Below are positions 40,167 to 53,141 of a stretch of 64,000 bases of DNA, piece by piece (position 1 is the stretch's first letter; every line of letters begins with the position of its first letter). Under the pieces are notes generated by a model, which did no database searches, was not told the origin of the DNA, and saw nothing but the letters and a program-made list of their open reading frames with translations. The translations under genes were made by a program, and so were the position numbers. The stretch comes from the human T2T-CHM13v2.0 reference genome, Homo sapiens, in assembly GCF_009914755.1 (NCBI RefSeq), contig NC_060927.1; one strand, given 5' to 3'.

Positions 40167-43100
40167 CTCTAGACAGACTGATCAATAAAAGAAGAGAAAA
40201 ACATAGCCGACAAATAAGGAAAGAGCAAGGACAACTCTAGGTCCATCAGTTTGAACACTGAGATGACTTGAGCCAATTCCTCAAAAGATACAAACTGTCA
40301 AAGTTCACTCAAAAAGAAATAGATTAAAATAATAGTCCTATATCTATTCAAGAAATAGAATTTGTAGTTGAATCAAACAAATATTCTGATAAAGACAACT
40401 CCATGCTTATGAAATGGCTTCACTAGTGAATTCAAACAAGTGAAGAAGAGATAACACCAATTCTACACAAACTTTTCCAGAATATGAAGGGAGGAGTCAC
40501 TTCCCAACTAATGTTATGATGTCAACATTACCCTGATACCCAAACTAGACAAAGACATAGCAAGAAAGAGAACTCCTGAGCAGTATCCCTCTGAACATGG
40601 ATGCAAAAATCCTCAACAAAATGCTAGCAAATAAAATCCCACAATGAAGCTGGTCAGCATTGGAAAATTAACAAATGTAATTGACCATATCCACAAACTA
40701 AAGAAGAAAAATTACATGATCATGTCAACAGATGCAGAAAAAGCCTTGACAGTATTCAACACTGATTCATGATGAGAATTCTCTGCCCATCAGGAATAGA
40801 AGGAAATGTCCTCAGCCTGATAAAGGGATCTGCACAGACTTCCAGCTACCTTTATGGAGAAAGAATGGGTGTTTTCCCCTAAGATCGAGAACCGGGCCAG
40901 GACCTGCATTTTCCCACCCCTATCTAACGTCACTCCACAGGTCCTAACAAGTGCACTAGAGCAAGGCCAAGGAATAAAAGCCATACAGATTGGAAAAGAA
41001 GAACCAGAACTGTCTCTATGCACAAGCGACAGGATTCTCTCAGTAAACATCCCTAAGGATCTCCAGAAAAGCTGCTGGAACTGTTAAGTGTGCTTAGCGA
41101 GGTCACAGGATGCAAGCTGAGTGAACACAATTCCATCGTTTTCTATCTGCCAGCCATGGCCAGTTGGGAATTGAAGTGAAAAAGCAAGGGAGCGATAAAC
41201 ACAGACGCTAGTTCGGGAGTGTCTGGGTGTGGGGCGTCAGGGGACAGGATGGGGAAAAGGAGTGAGGCAGATAGATGGACCTTCCTTGGTAAAGCTCCAG
41301 TTCCCGAGTAGGGCCATGGGTCTAAAGCAGTTCCTACCTCCACACAGACAAACAGACAAGCAGGGAAAACCAGAGAGCAAGAGTCGGAGACCACAGATGC
41401 CAGGGGTTTCAGATTCGGGGGATCTGAGGGTTTCCCACTCCCACCCACGCAGACTGGGGCAGTTGTAAAGGTTCTGTGAGTGGCTTTTGGGCAGGGAAAC
41501 TAGGAACAAATCCTGGTCCTGCTGTGACCTGCGGCCTGACCTTACGCAAGTGGCTTGACCTAAGACACCTCATCTGTCAATGGGAGTTGTCACCTCGTTC
41601 TTCCCCAGGCTGTTTAGAAGGCCAGCACCCACTATTCCGTCAGGTCTCCACTCAGAGGCTGCCTCCTCTGAGAAGTCTTTGCAACCTCCCCTGCCCTCCC
41701 TGGTCACACCTGTCCTATTGCCCCTTCTGTACCTAATGCTCTCCGAAGCTGTCTTGTTCCTTTGTCTACTTGTTTATTCTGTGCCTTGCTCCCTTGGACG
41801 TCAGCTTGTTCTCCACAGGGTCCTGTGCCTGGGACTGCGCCTGCTATATGGGAGCACCTCAGCAGATATTTCAGTGTGAAGGCATAAAGCGTGACAATGG
41901 CCAAAACAGCAGCTTGATTACTTCCACAAACACAGGCATCATTAACTATGGCAGACAGCCCATTCCAGGAGAGACAAACCCAAAGATAAAGGCTGGAACG
42001 TTGCTGTAGCTAGAAGGACTATGGGGAACCCGAGGTTCACAGAGGAAGGGGGTTGTCTAAGGTCACAGGATAGCAGAGATGGCATTAGATCCAAATGCTT
42101 TTTACACTGCATCCTAATCGCTGGAAAGCACTTTTGACACACCAGGAGATCCATTCTCCGAGGAGCCAGTGTCTGCAGAACTTCGGTGTGATCCATCCTG
42201 GATGCCACTGGCTGGCCCACTTTTCTGGGCATATTTCTCTTCATTCCTGTCCAGGGCAGAACTGCTGCAGGGCACCTGCCCAAGGTGGGCGGGTCCCATA
42301 GCAAATGCCCTTCAGAGAAGACAATGAGCAGTGGGCTTTGACGCCATGACTCACTTGGCTTGTAACCATCCTTAGCTGAGTTGGACACACTCAGCAGGAT
42401 TTAAGGGAGGTGGTCAGCAAGTCTGCTTAGCACCAGTGGGAGTGAGTTCACTGCTGTTCTCGTCCCACATGGAGCAGGGGCAATCATTAAAGCTGCTGTC
42501 TATATCTATTACCCAACATAGGTAATTGAGGATCCTCAGCCACCCCACTGGAACGTCTGCTCCCTGAGGGCAGGGATGGGCCTGTCTCATTTGCTATTGG
42601 GTCCAGCACTGGGCCTGCCTCTGGGTGGAAGCTCTGTAAATATTCTGAAGCTTGCACTGGGAAGAGATCTTCTCTTAGACCATGAATTGTGATCAAGGAG
42701 GAAACAGTGACAGAATTTGTATAAACATGATCATTACCAGAGATGAAAAGTCTGACAAAAAGGGTGTTTATGACTGCTTAAAATACCCCACACCTGGAAA
42801 GAAGTCGGCTGGGAGTGGGAAAAGCTGGGGAATTGGACTCTCTGGTATTTTAAAGATTTGCCTACCTTGCAGTTACTTTAAAAAAAGAATCCTTAGCTTG
42901 GGTTGGTGCCGCCTGCCAGTCTGTGAGGACCGCCTACAGCTGCCTGAAAGCCACAGGCATGTTCCTATGCAGAGGCCCATCTGGAGATCTGGATGCACAG
43001 ACGGGGCAGAGCTAGTTCAGGGTGAGTCCTTGGGTGGTCCCAAGGAGGAGGGGATGGCCAGACACGTGAACATGGTGGAATGCGGTTTCCTCCCTGAGGC

Positions 43101-43289
43101 ACAGGGGCTGGGGCTCCCTGCACTGGACGGCGACCCTTTGGCAGACCCAGGCTCCGTCAGGGACTCAGGCTCAGCTGGAATGGTCTTACCTGGATCCTGC
43201 CCAGAAACCCCAGAGGAGGCATCCCACAGCCCAGGAGTAGAATCTAAAGGCCCTGAAGCCTTCGGATGAGGAAAGAGCACACTGTCTGC

Positions 43290-43500
43290 CCTTCCTCTCT
43301 TCCATGGCCCGCTCCTTACTTCCTTCCCTCCCTCCTTCCTTCCTGCCGCCTTTTCTTCCTTCTTCGTACTTTCAGTCCTTCCCCCTTCCTTCCTCTCCTT
43401 CCTTCCTCCTTTCTATCCCTCTTACTTTCTGCCCATCCATCCTTCTGCCCACTATGCATGTATCCACCCATCCACCCACACACCTGTCCAACCATTCATC
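43290..43500. repeat. CT-rich / (CCAT)n low complexity
   Basis: TCCTTCCCTCCCTCCTTCCTTCC.. grading into CCATCC units. Confidence 0.8.
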
Positions 43501-44795
43501 GTCCTACCTCACAAACCCCTACTGAGTATCTACTATGGGTTAGGCACTATACTAAATGGAGATGCACCAAGCCCCTCAAGGAGCTTGCAGTCTAGCTGGA
43601 TAGACAGTCTTGTACACAGATCACCTTTCCCACAGCACGGCTGATGCCATGATACAGATGGAAGCAGAGGAGGCAGCAGGGCCACAAAGGAGGGGTTGGC
43701 ACTCCCAGGACCTAGCCCAGCAAAAGCCCTCAGCACAGCCCTAATTCTGATGAATGAGTTTGCTTAACTTGTTTTGAATGTGTTTTGAATATGACTTTAA
43801 TATGAAGCCTATCATGGAATACAAATTTTTGAATTAATCTGAATATATTTACATATATTTTATTTAACTTGTTTATTGTCCCTCTCTCCCACTGGTATGG
43901 GGTTTCCATGAAAGCAGTGACTGCTCCTGTCTAGTTCACTGCTGTATCCCAGGACCTAGGGTGCTGGCCAGCACACAGTAGGTGCTCAATAAACATTTAT
44001 ACACTAAATAATAAACTTCTCTTCTGGGTCCTGACTATCTTAGTCCATTCATGCTGCTATAAAAATACCAGGGACTGGGTAGCTTATAAACAACAGAAAC
44101 TGATTTTTCACAGTTCTGGGGGCTGGGAAGTCCAAGATCAAGGTGCCGCAGGCTCGGTGTCTGCTGAGGACCCACCTCCTTATGGAGAGCCACCTGCTCA
44201 CTCTAACCTCCCATGGCAGAAAGGACAGGAGGCCTCTGTGTAACCTCTTTTATAAGGACACTAATCCTACTGAGGTGGTCTCCACCCAAGACCTGATCAC
44301 CCCCCAGAGGCCCCATTTCCTGATATCATCACCTTGGGGGTGAGGATTTTGACACATGGATTCTGGGGGACACAGACATTCAGACCACTGACCTGCCTGG
44401 GCCTCCCATCTCCAGCCATTCTGTTTGCCTCAGAAGTTGCCAGCCACGCCTGGCCTGTGCATCTGCCTTTAGACCTCTGGTAGGACCTGAAACTGAGACT
44501 GCTTCTAGTTGTCCCTCCTTTCATGCCCTGTTGTGGGCATCTGTGGGCTTATCCTACCCCATTCCTATTCTCTGTCTTCTGAGAACTGTCTCCTGACCAT
44601 TTTCCTCCAGGAACCACCTCCTGCTCATGCCCACCTCAAGGTTCACATGGAGCACAGCACCCTCCTCCACTCCAAGACAGCATGTGATCCCAGACCAGCT
44701 ATCAGAGCCCTGCACTCCAAGCCACTGTGACCACTGCAGGGAGGATCACGGTAAGAGTCATAGTCAACATCAGATATGTGCCAGGCACTGTTGTA
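43460..44795 (+). repeat. Donor copy of local duplication (L2/L2/MLT1/MIR composite)
   Basis: See 37846-38795; carries an extra MLT1A0 insertion. Confidence 0.9.
44036..44387 (-). mobile_element. MLT1A0-like solo LTR
   Basis: TATCTTAGTCCATTC..CAGACATTCAGACCA; 5-bp TSD CTGAC at 44031-44035 and 44388-44392. Confidence 0.9.
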
Positions 44796-45000
44796 TGAAC
44801 TTTTCACTCATTAACTCTTTTAACCCTTACAACAAAGCCCAACAATATAGATGTGCTACTATAATCCTCATTTTACAGATGGGGAAACCAAGGCCCAGAA
44901 AGGTTAGGTGACTTATCCAAAGTCACACAGCTCTTACGAGGCAAACCCAGCTTTGAACCATGCTCACTGGCTCCAAAGTTCATGCTCTAAACTACCATGT
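44765..45000 (-). mobile_element. MIR
   Basis: CTCATTTTACAGATGGGGAAACCAAGGCCCAGAAAGGTTAGGTGACTTATCCAAAGTCACACAGCT. Confidence 0.85.
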
Positions 45001-45320
45001 GGGCAAAAGGCAAAGCCACACAAGTGAGAGTCAGTCTCCAGACTTGAGCTCAACCTACCGAGCTAGAAGTCCTCTTTCACCGCAGGCCTGGAGCTGTCAG
45101 ACCACTGCAAGCCAAGAGGCTCCACAGGAAAAAGCCAACTAGAGGGAAGCAGAGCTGAGAGAGGGAAAGAGACAGAGCCAGGGTTGCAGCCCTTGGATCC
45201 AGCCATGCCTGAAGGTTGACCTGGATTGTTTGTTTTCATGGGCCCCAAATTCCTTCACCAGGATTTGAGTGGGCCCTTAAGTCCATTTTTGTTGGGATTG
45301 TTTCCACTCACTTCAAGCCT
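45000..45320 (+). mobile_element. MLT1K-like LTR 3' part
   Basis: GGAAGCAGAGCTGAGAGA..CTTGGATCCAGCCATGCCTGAAG. Confidence 0.6.
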
Positions 45321-46644
45321 GGGACCCACACCTGGCAGCACCCCCTCAGGAGGAGTTTAGACTTTGAATCTTGGCCTCTGCCCAGTCTCTCTCACCTGTG
45401 TCCCAAATCTTTCCACCTGTCAGCCCAGGCTTCTCAGGGCAGGGCCAGAAGAGATGAGCAGCCCCTCCTATCAACAGGTAGGTTGGGAGAGCTGTGCTCT
45501 GTGACCCCACACTGCCAGGAAGGAACTTTGCAGCCACAGGCTCCCCACACTGCCAGCATCCTTCCTGTGCCCATGACATTGGCTCCCTCTGGGCTAAGGA
45601 CCTCTGACCCAGTTTCTTCTGCAGCCCTACAGCATAGCCCTGGTTTGGGAACTGGTTACCAGCCCAGGGAATGCTGACCCAGCCCTGGGGTGAACCCCAA
45701 TCCCCATTCATCCCCAGCTGACGGTTGAGGTCCTGCTCCAAGCTAATAAGCCAACACCTGCCCTCCTCCCCAGATGCCCTGGGCAGCAGGGTTCTGAGGC
45801 CTTGACCCTCCACACCTGCCTGCCAGGACCCTCCTCCTGACTACATCTCTCATTCCATTCTTCTCCTTTGCCAGAACAAGTCCTCCAAAGACTTCCCCAG
45901 AGGCAACCCCACAAGCTTCTCCCCTGCACCCACTACAAGTGACAGCAGAACATAAGTCTCAGAGGAAAACTGAACTGCATTCCCTTCTTACTGGCATGTG
46001 CAGCTGGCCCAGTGCCCCCAGCCCTGATCACGAGGCTTGCCCAGCACCAGCTCCACCCCTGAGCTTCCTGCCTCGCCACTCTACCCTGCTGTTCCCTCTG
46101 CCTGCAAGGCTCTTCCCCCAGGTCCTCCTGTTCCCCCAGGTCTCAGCTCAAAGGCCACCACCTCAGTGGGCCTTCCCTGAGACCCATGTGAGCTGTCCCC
46201 ACACCCCAGCTGATCTCTGCTCATCTGTGACTCATCTAGGCCAGTTGCTGGGGCCCTCATCCTGTTGCTGACATGCAATCCTTTCATGTCAGTTCCTTCC
46301 TCCCTGACCCTCCCAGAGCCGTCATGCCTGGAGAGCCAGCTCTGAAGCTGCCCAAGCAGCTCATGGCCCCACTGCCCTGACCACCTGGGTCTGGTACCTG
46401 CCACAGCTGCCTAAATAGAGTTCCAGCAGTTTCCCAGACTCTCACCTCAGTGCAAACTGGACTCCAGTGTCCAAGGTTCTTATCTTCCTGCCTGAACAGC
46501 CTGTCTGGGTCCAAGAACCCTCCCCCCAACCCCAGACCACAGCCTGCAGGAAGGAACCCCAAGGCACTGAGGGGAAAAGCCATTTCCACTTCCAGTTCTG
46601 GTCCAGACCCTCTTAGGCGGCGGATGCTCCATGAGTGCGAGTGG

Positions 46645-46931
46645 GGCCCGGCTCCTGGCTCACGCCCGAAATCCCAACACTTTGGGAGGCCAAGGTGGGA
46701 GGATCTCCTGATCCCAGGGGTTCGAGACTGGGTTGAGAGCAAAACCTCATCTCTATACAAAATAAAATAAAAAAAATTAGCCAGGCATGGTCCCAGCTAC
46801 TCGGGAAGCTGAGATGGGAGAATCTCCTGAGCCCAGGAGGTCAAGGCTGCAGTGAGTTGTGATTGTGCCACTGTACTCCAGCCTGGGTGACAGAGCAAGA
46901 CCCTGTCTCAAAAAAAACAAAAAAAAAAAAA
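46645..46931 (+). mobile_element. AluJ with small deletions
   Basis: GGAGGTCAAGGCTGCAGTGAG, GCAAGACCCTGTCTC, A tail. Confidence 0.92.
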
Positions 46932-47828
46932 CAGATAAAGTGTGGCCTTGACCTCCCTGTAACACAAACTACTCTTCCTCCTACCAGCCATGGCAGTGTC
47001 TACGAAGGATGGAATGACACTGTCTGATCATTCATGCCATTGTTGTTTTAGTAGCCAGAGAATACAGGCTTTTCATGGACTACAGCAAAAATAAGCCATT
47101 CTTTTCTAAATTGTCTACATACATAAACACTGTAAGTTGCTTGAGAGTAAGCCGTAAGTTAAAGGAGAGTACAGGTAAATACACTGAAAGGAGAAAAGTC
47201 CCAGAGCAGTCCCCAAATGGGAGGAGGGCTCTCTCCCTACCCCTCTGCCTCACTAAATCCCTGACTCCAGGCCCCTGACACAGACATTTCCAGCCCCTTC
47301 TCTACTGTACCCTAGTGCAGGCCCAGGAGGGCGACAGCAAACTGATGCCTCCAACAGCACCCCTCCTCCTGCCCCCAACACACCCCTTGCCATGGCCGTC
47401 CTGTGGGCAGGACATACCCTGGTTCAGCATAACCTAATTCTATCTTCAGGCCACAGAAGAATGCCTGTCACCCCATGTTTTACATTCAGCCGTGGATCCT
47501 CCCTCGATTTGACACTAAGACGTGGGGCTTCAGGTTGGCCTGGACACAGAAGCCTGACAGTCTGTGCCTGGTGCTCCCTGGCACCACTAAACTCATCTTT
47601 CTGCATCCTCGCTGGGCTGTCCGCCCGATTCCTCACAGACTGCAACCCAGACCTCTCCAGAGCTGGGCACAGGCTGGGCATCTTCCTCATGCTGCCATAG
47701 CTATCTTCGTCGTATTCACTTATTTTGTTTTCTGTGAACCCCAGGGAAAACCACAGCCGTGTTTCGGGCACTGCCTCCACCAGGACTCGTGAGCACATGT
47801 GTATTTCCAGCCTGCAGCTCCCAGTCCC

Positions 47829-47976
47829 CACACCCAGCTAATTTTTTTTTTTTTTTTTTTTTTTTTTTGTATTTTTAGTAGAGACAGGGTTTTGCCATGT
47901 TGCCGAGGCTGGCCTCGAACTCCTGGCCTCAAGTGATCCACCTGCCTCTGCCTCTCAAAGTGCTGGGATTACAGGC
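47829..47976 (-). mobile_element. Partial Alu (left arm) with T27 run
   Basis: T run 47842-47868 followed by GTATTTTTAGTAGAGAC..GGGATTACAGGC. Confidence 0.9.
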
Positions 47977-48315
47977 AATTACAGTTTGCATGTGGCCCAA
48001 AACTGGTTTTTTATCTTTTTATTCTTATTTCTTAGATAAGAAAGAAACTTTTAAAGACATGTCCTGGGTTGTCTTTTGGGGTAAATTTCTCAGCACTAGC
48101 TTTAAAGCTACTATGTCCTCTTTGATAATTTCCTTCGCTTGACCATCTGTGGAGGTTTTGCAGTCCTTCTTTCCATGACAGTGTTCTTACTTTGTAGCCT
48201 GGCTCACTGGTCCTTCTTCATGCCTCCCTGTCCTTGTCCCATGGATGTTTTCATTTCATGACAAATAGATGAATATTTGATGAATATTGTGCCCTGTATC
48301 CTCTTAAGGAATTCA

Positions 48316-49107
<792 letters not shown>

Positions 49108-50211
49108 TCCACTTCTTGTGTAGACATTTCCCACAGGCCCTGTGTGTCCACCTGGCTGGGCTCCTCTCCCACGTAGGGCTTGCTGGGGCCCTGCTCAGTG
49201 TCAGCTCTGGAGTTCTGCTTTGCAGATTCACCTTGAGGGGGAGCATTTGCCTCACCCCTGCTCCCAGCAGCAACACCTCCCCTGAGGCCTGAGTGCAGAA
49301 CCAGAGTGAGGCCTCACGCTGGCATCCAGGACCTCTGTTCCCAGTGACAGCAACAGGGGCCATCTCTGGGCAGTGGGCGAAGGTCCAGTCCTGGCCATGT
49401 AGCTGCATGCAGTGCATCCTCCAGCCCCTAGTGGCCAGACAGGAACCCAGTTGCAGCAGGGATGGGCAGTGTCTTTTCTCAGCCTTGTCCTACGAGCACA
49501 GGATGCCCACCTGCCCGGGGCTCACACACAGAGCCTGCCCCATTCCCCGGACTCTCATGGGCATCTCTGCTCCCTGTCGCCCACCAGCTCCCTCTCTGCC
49601 TGTGAGTGTGGAGTTCAACAGATCCACAGCTTCAGCCCCACTGATGACTGCGCTTCTGAGCCATTTCCGGCCTGTGGCAATGTCTTTTACATTCTGAATA
49701 CATATTTGGGGGTGGGAGGTCTGAAATCCACCAGTGAGTTTTAAACTAGGAAGGTAAAGATCAGAGGTGGCTTGGAAAGAGCTCTCTGGCTACAGAGTGG
49801 TGACCACAGGAAGGGGAGCACGCTGGGGGATGAAGGATGTGGACGGTCGGGTGGTGACTGGGAACAAGGCACAGAGGGGACGAAGAGGAGTGCCAGCCCA
49901 GGCCGCCAGGGTGACAGGAAGAAAGGGAGGGGAACAGAAGGTGCAGTTTAGGGGGTGAGGAGAGAAGTATCATGAGTTCAGTTTGGGGTGTGCCAAGCTT
50001 AGGGGTCTAGAACACTTAAGATGCGGGAAAGAGGCAGTTGGAGACCAAAGGCTGATGTCAGAGCTTAAGCCTCCCTCCTCCAACGGGCTCTCCCTGGACA
50101 CATGCTGTGCTGGACGCTGTCCCACTTCCCCCGGCCCCACACCCTCCTGCCTGCACCTGCTCACACCCAGACCTGGCCTGTGTGACTCCACCAGCGGCCA
50201 GCAGCTTCCAG

Positions 50212-50597
50212 TGTCCATCAGTCAACCGGGCTGACAAGGACCATGCCCTGGGGCTTCGGCCACAGACCAAGCTTGGTTTCCTCACAGCTCTGGAGCCTGG
50301 AATTCGGAAAGCAAGGCTTTGGTTGGCAAGGGTGGTTTCTCTGGCAGCCTCTCTCCCTCCTTGGCTGGCCGACAGCCCCCTTTCCTGAGTCTCTGCATGG
50401 TCTTCCCTCTGTGTGTGTCTGTGACCTAATCCCCTCTTCCTAAGAGGACACCAGTCAGATTGGATTAGGGCCACCACCACGAGCTCATTTCCCCTTAATC
50501 ACCTCTGTAAAGGCCCTGTCTCCTCATCCCGTTCTAAGGTTATGGGGGTTAGGGCTTCAGCCTATGAATTTGGGGGTGTGTAACTCAGCCGGGAGCA
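50212..50597 (-). mobile_element. MLT1B-like LTR
   Basis: AGGACACCAGTCAGATTGGATTAGGGCC, GGGGGTTAGGGCTTCA. Confidence 0.8.
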
Positions 50598-50999
50598 GTT
50601 GGAATGAGTCAGTGGGGGGTGCCAGCAGAGGCAGGGGAGGTTGGGGTGCTCACTCCGCAGCTGCCTCCCGGCTGGGCTGCAGGTTTATTCCCGTGTTTCT
50701 TGACCTACAGCAGAAGCCAGTGTGAGGCAGCCTCTCCTATGCTCTGACTCTCACTGGGCTCTGGGGACACCGCCTGTCCCCTGTCCCTCAGGTGCCGGGA
50801 GTGCCTCCTCCCAGCGTGCCAGGCCAGGCACTGCCCACCGCTCTGTGATTCCTAAAACTTCCCTCGCAGGGCCAGCTGCTTCCTGTCAAGGCGCCCCAAC
50901 TCGCTTTCCACCCCCCTTCTCAGAGCTGCTTTCTACAAGCATGTAGTTAACATGTAAGGCCCACCACAAACCTATGATCCGAGTTGGAGGGTGCCCACC

Positions 51000-52387
51000 C
51001 AGAAACCCCAGAGGAGACCCCTCGAGGTAGACTGTATTTTCCAAAGACTGAGAGGCGAGGTCCGTGCTTCCTCCTTTGAATCTGGCAGGCCTTCCTAACA
51101 GACCTGACCCGCAGAACAAACAGGGAATTACGGCACCGAGGGACCTCCAGGCTCAGACATCCGCAGGCAATACGAGCAAACTCCAGCCTCAACCTCAGAC
51201 CCTAACCCAAAGTGGATCATCGGCTTAAATGGAAAATGTCAATCCACAAAACCTTTAGAAAAATACATAGGAAAAAAACCCAGACCTAGCCTGAGGCAAA
51301 GAGTTCATAGACTTGACCCCAAACCCACAATCCACACAAAGAAAAAGCAGGAAGTTGGACCTCAGCAAAATTGTAAAATGTTTGCTCTGTGAGAGATACT
51401 GTCAAGAGGACGATAAGGCATGCTACTGACTGGGGAGAATGTTACAAATCCCACATCTGACAAACGAGTAGTATCTAGAATATAAAAAATGTTCAAAATT
51501 GAACAGTAAAACACCAAACAATCCAGTTAGAAAATGGGCAAAAGACACAAACAAACACTTTATAAGATACACAGATGGCAAATAAGCAGATGAAACGGTT
51601 CAATGATGTTAGCCTTGTAAGACACGCAGAAAATGCAAGATGAGATGCCACTGCATGCCTACCGTGATGACTGAAACAAGAAAGAGTGGTGACACCAGAG
51701 GCCGGAGAGGATACAGAGAAACTAGATCACTCAGGCACTGCTGGTGGGAAGATAAAATGGTACAGCCTCCGTGGCAAACAGTTTGGCAGTTTCTTATAAA
51801 ACTAAACATGCAATTACCATATGACCCAGTAACTGTACTCAAATGCACTTAAAAAGCAAACTGTGGCGAATCCAATTCATGGAACACTATTCGGCAATCA
51901 AAAAGAATGAATTATGGATACACACGACAGCTTGGACAGAAGCCAAGGACATTTACACAGAGTGAAGAAAGCCAATCTCAAAAGGTTACACACTGCATGA
52001 TTCCACAGAGACAACATTCTTGCAATGACAAAATTACAGAAATGGGGTTGTGCAGGGAAGTGGATGTGGCTGTCAAAGGGCAACATGAGGGGTTCCTGTG
52101 GTCCTGAAACCGTTCTGCATCTTGACGGTGGTGGTGGGCACGACAAAACTGCATAATCCTAAATATACCCACAAATGAGTACAAATAAAACTGGGCAATG
52201 TGGATAAGATGGGGGGATGGTATCAGTATCAATAATACTTCTAGCTGGCATATTAGACTGTGGTTTTGTAAAATGTTACCATTGGAGGAAACTGGGTGGA
52301 GGGGACGTGGGTCTGTCTGTATTATTTCTTATGACTACATGTGAATCTACAATGGTCTCTGAATAGAAGGTTACTTTTTTAAAAAAT
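51000..52387 (+). mobile_element. L1MC-type 3' portion
   Basis: ORF 51640..51852 (HCWWEDKMVQPPWQTVWQFLIKLNMQLPYDP) is the ORF2p C-terminal domain; 3' UTR AATGTTACCATTGGAGGAAACTGGGTG. Confidence 0.88.
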
Positions 52388-52439
52388 TACTAAGAGTTTC
52401 GGTTTTTTACAAAAGAGGCAATACAGCTCCCATCTGGTG

Positions 52440-52790
52440 CTTTTGTCCCCTCCCTCTTCTCTTTCTCTCTTTCTCTGGGGACACTCACGCTTTGAACCCA
52501 GCCACCATGCTGTGAGGAAGCCCAGTTTACGTGGGGAAGCCTGGGAGGGGGTGCCAGCCCATAGTCTCAGCTAGGTCCCAAGAGGATGCCAACATCGACC
52601 GAGACACGTTAGTGACAGAGCCTTCAGGTGACCCCAGCCCAGCCATCCAGGCACCTGAAGCCTCTGAGTCTTCTTCCAGCTGGTGCCGCAGACGTTGTGG
52701 AGCAGAGGCAAGCCATCCTGACCTCAGAGACAAGGAAAGGTAACGCATGAAGCCTGCTGTTCTACACCACTAAGGTTTGGCAAGCTTTGT
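52440..52790 (+). mobile_element. MLT1G/H-like LTR fragment
   Basis: GAACCCAGCCACCATGCTGTGAGGAAGCCCAG..TGTGGAGCAGAG..CCACTAAGGTTTGG. Confidence 0.7.
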
Positions 52791-53075
52791 TCCCCAAGGT
52801 GCACATTTCCTTCCTCCTCAACCGAGGGCTCAATGTGGCTTCCTTCCTGAGCGCCTCTGAGACAGGCTCCTGTCACTGCAGCATTTCCCAGGCTGCTTGC
52901 CCTGCACGTCTGGCTGTCACTCAGCCCCATCTCCTGGAGAACAGGCCACAGGGAGGGCTGCGTGAGCAGCCTGCCAAGTCTCCCTGCTTCTTTCCCAATG
53001 AGAAGAACACACGTTTCTGATTCCCTTTGCAAATGAAAGGTAAATCTTTCAGTGAATGAATAATGAATATCCCTG

Positions 53076-53102
53076 GCATGCGCGTGCGTGTGTATGTACA
53101 TG

Positions 53103-53140
<38 letters not shown>
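53076..53140. repeat. (TG)n-containing alternating purine-pyrimidine tract, 65 bp
   Basis: Uninterrupted R/Y alternation including CGCG and (TG)15. Confidence 0.95.

Positions 53141-53141
<1 letters not shown>

Noticed and set aside
40854-41087. Reverse-transcriptase-like ORF
   Set aside because: Decayed L1 ORF2 with the catalytic FADD motif lost.
42682-43269. 195-aa ATG ORF
   Set aside because: No recognisable domain or promoter context; cannot be supported as coding.
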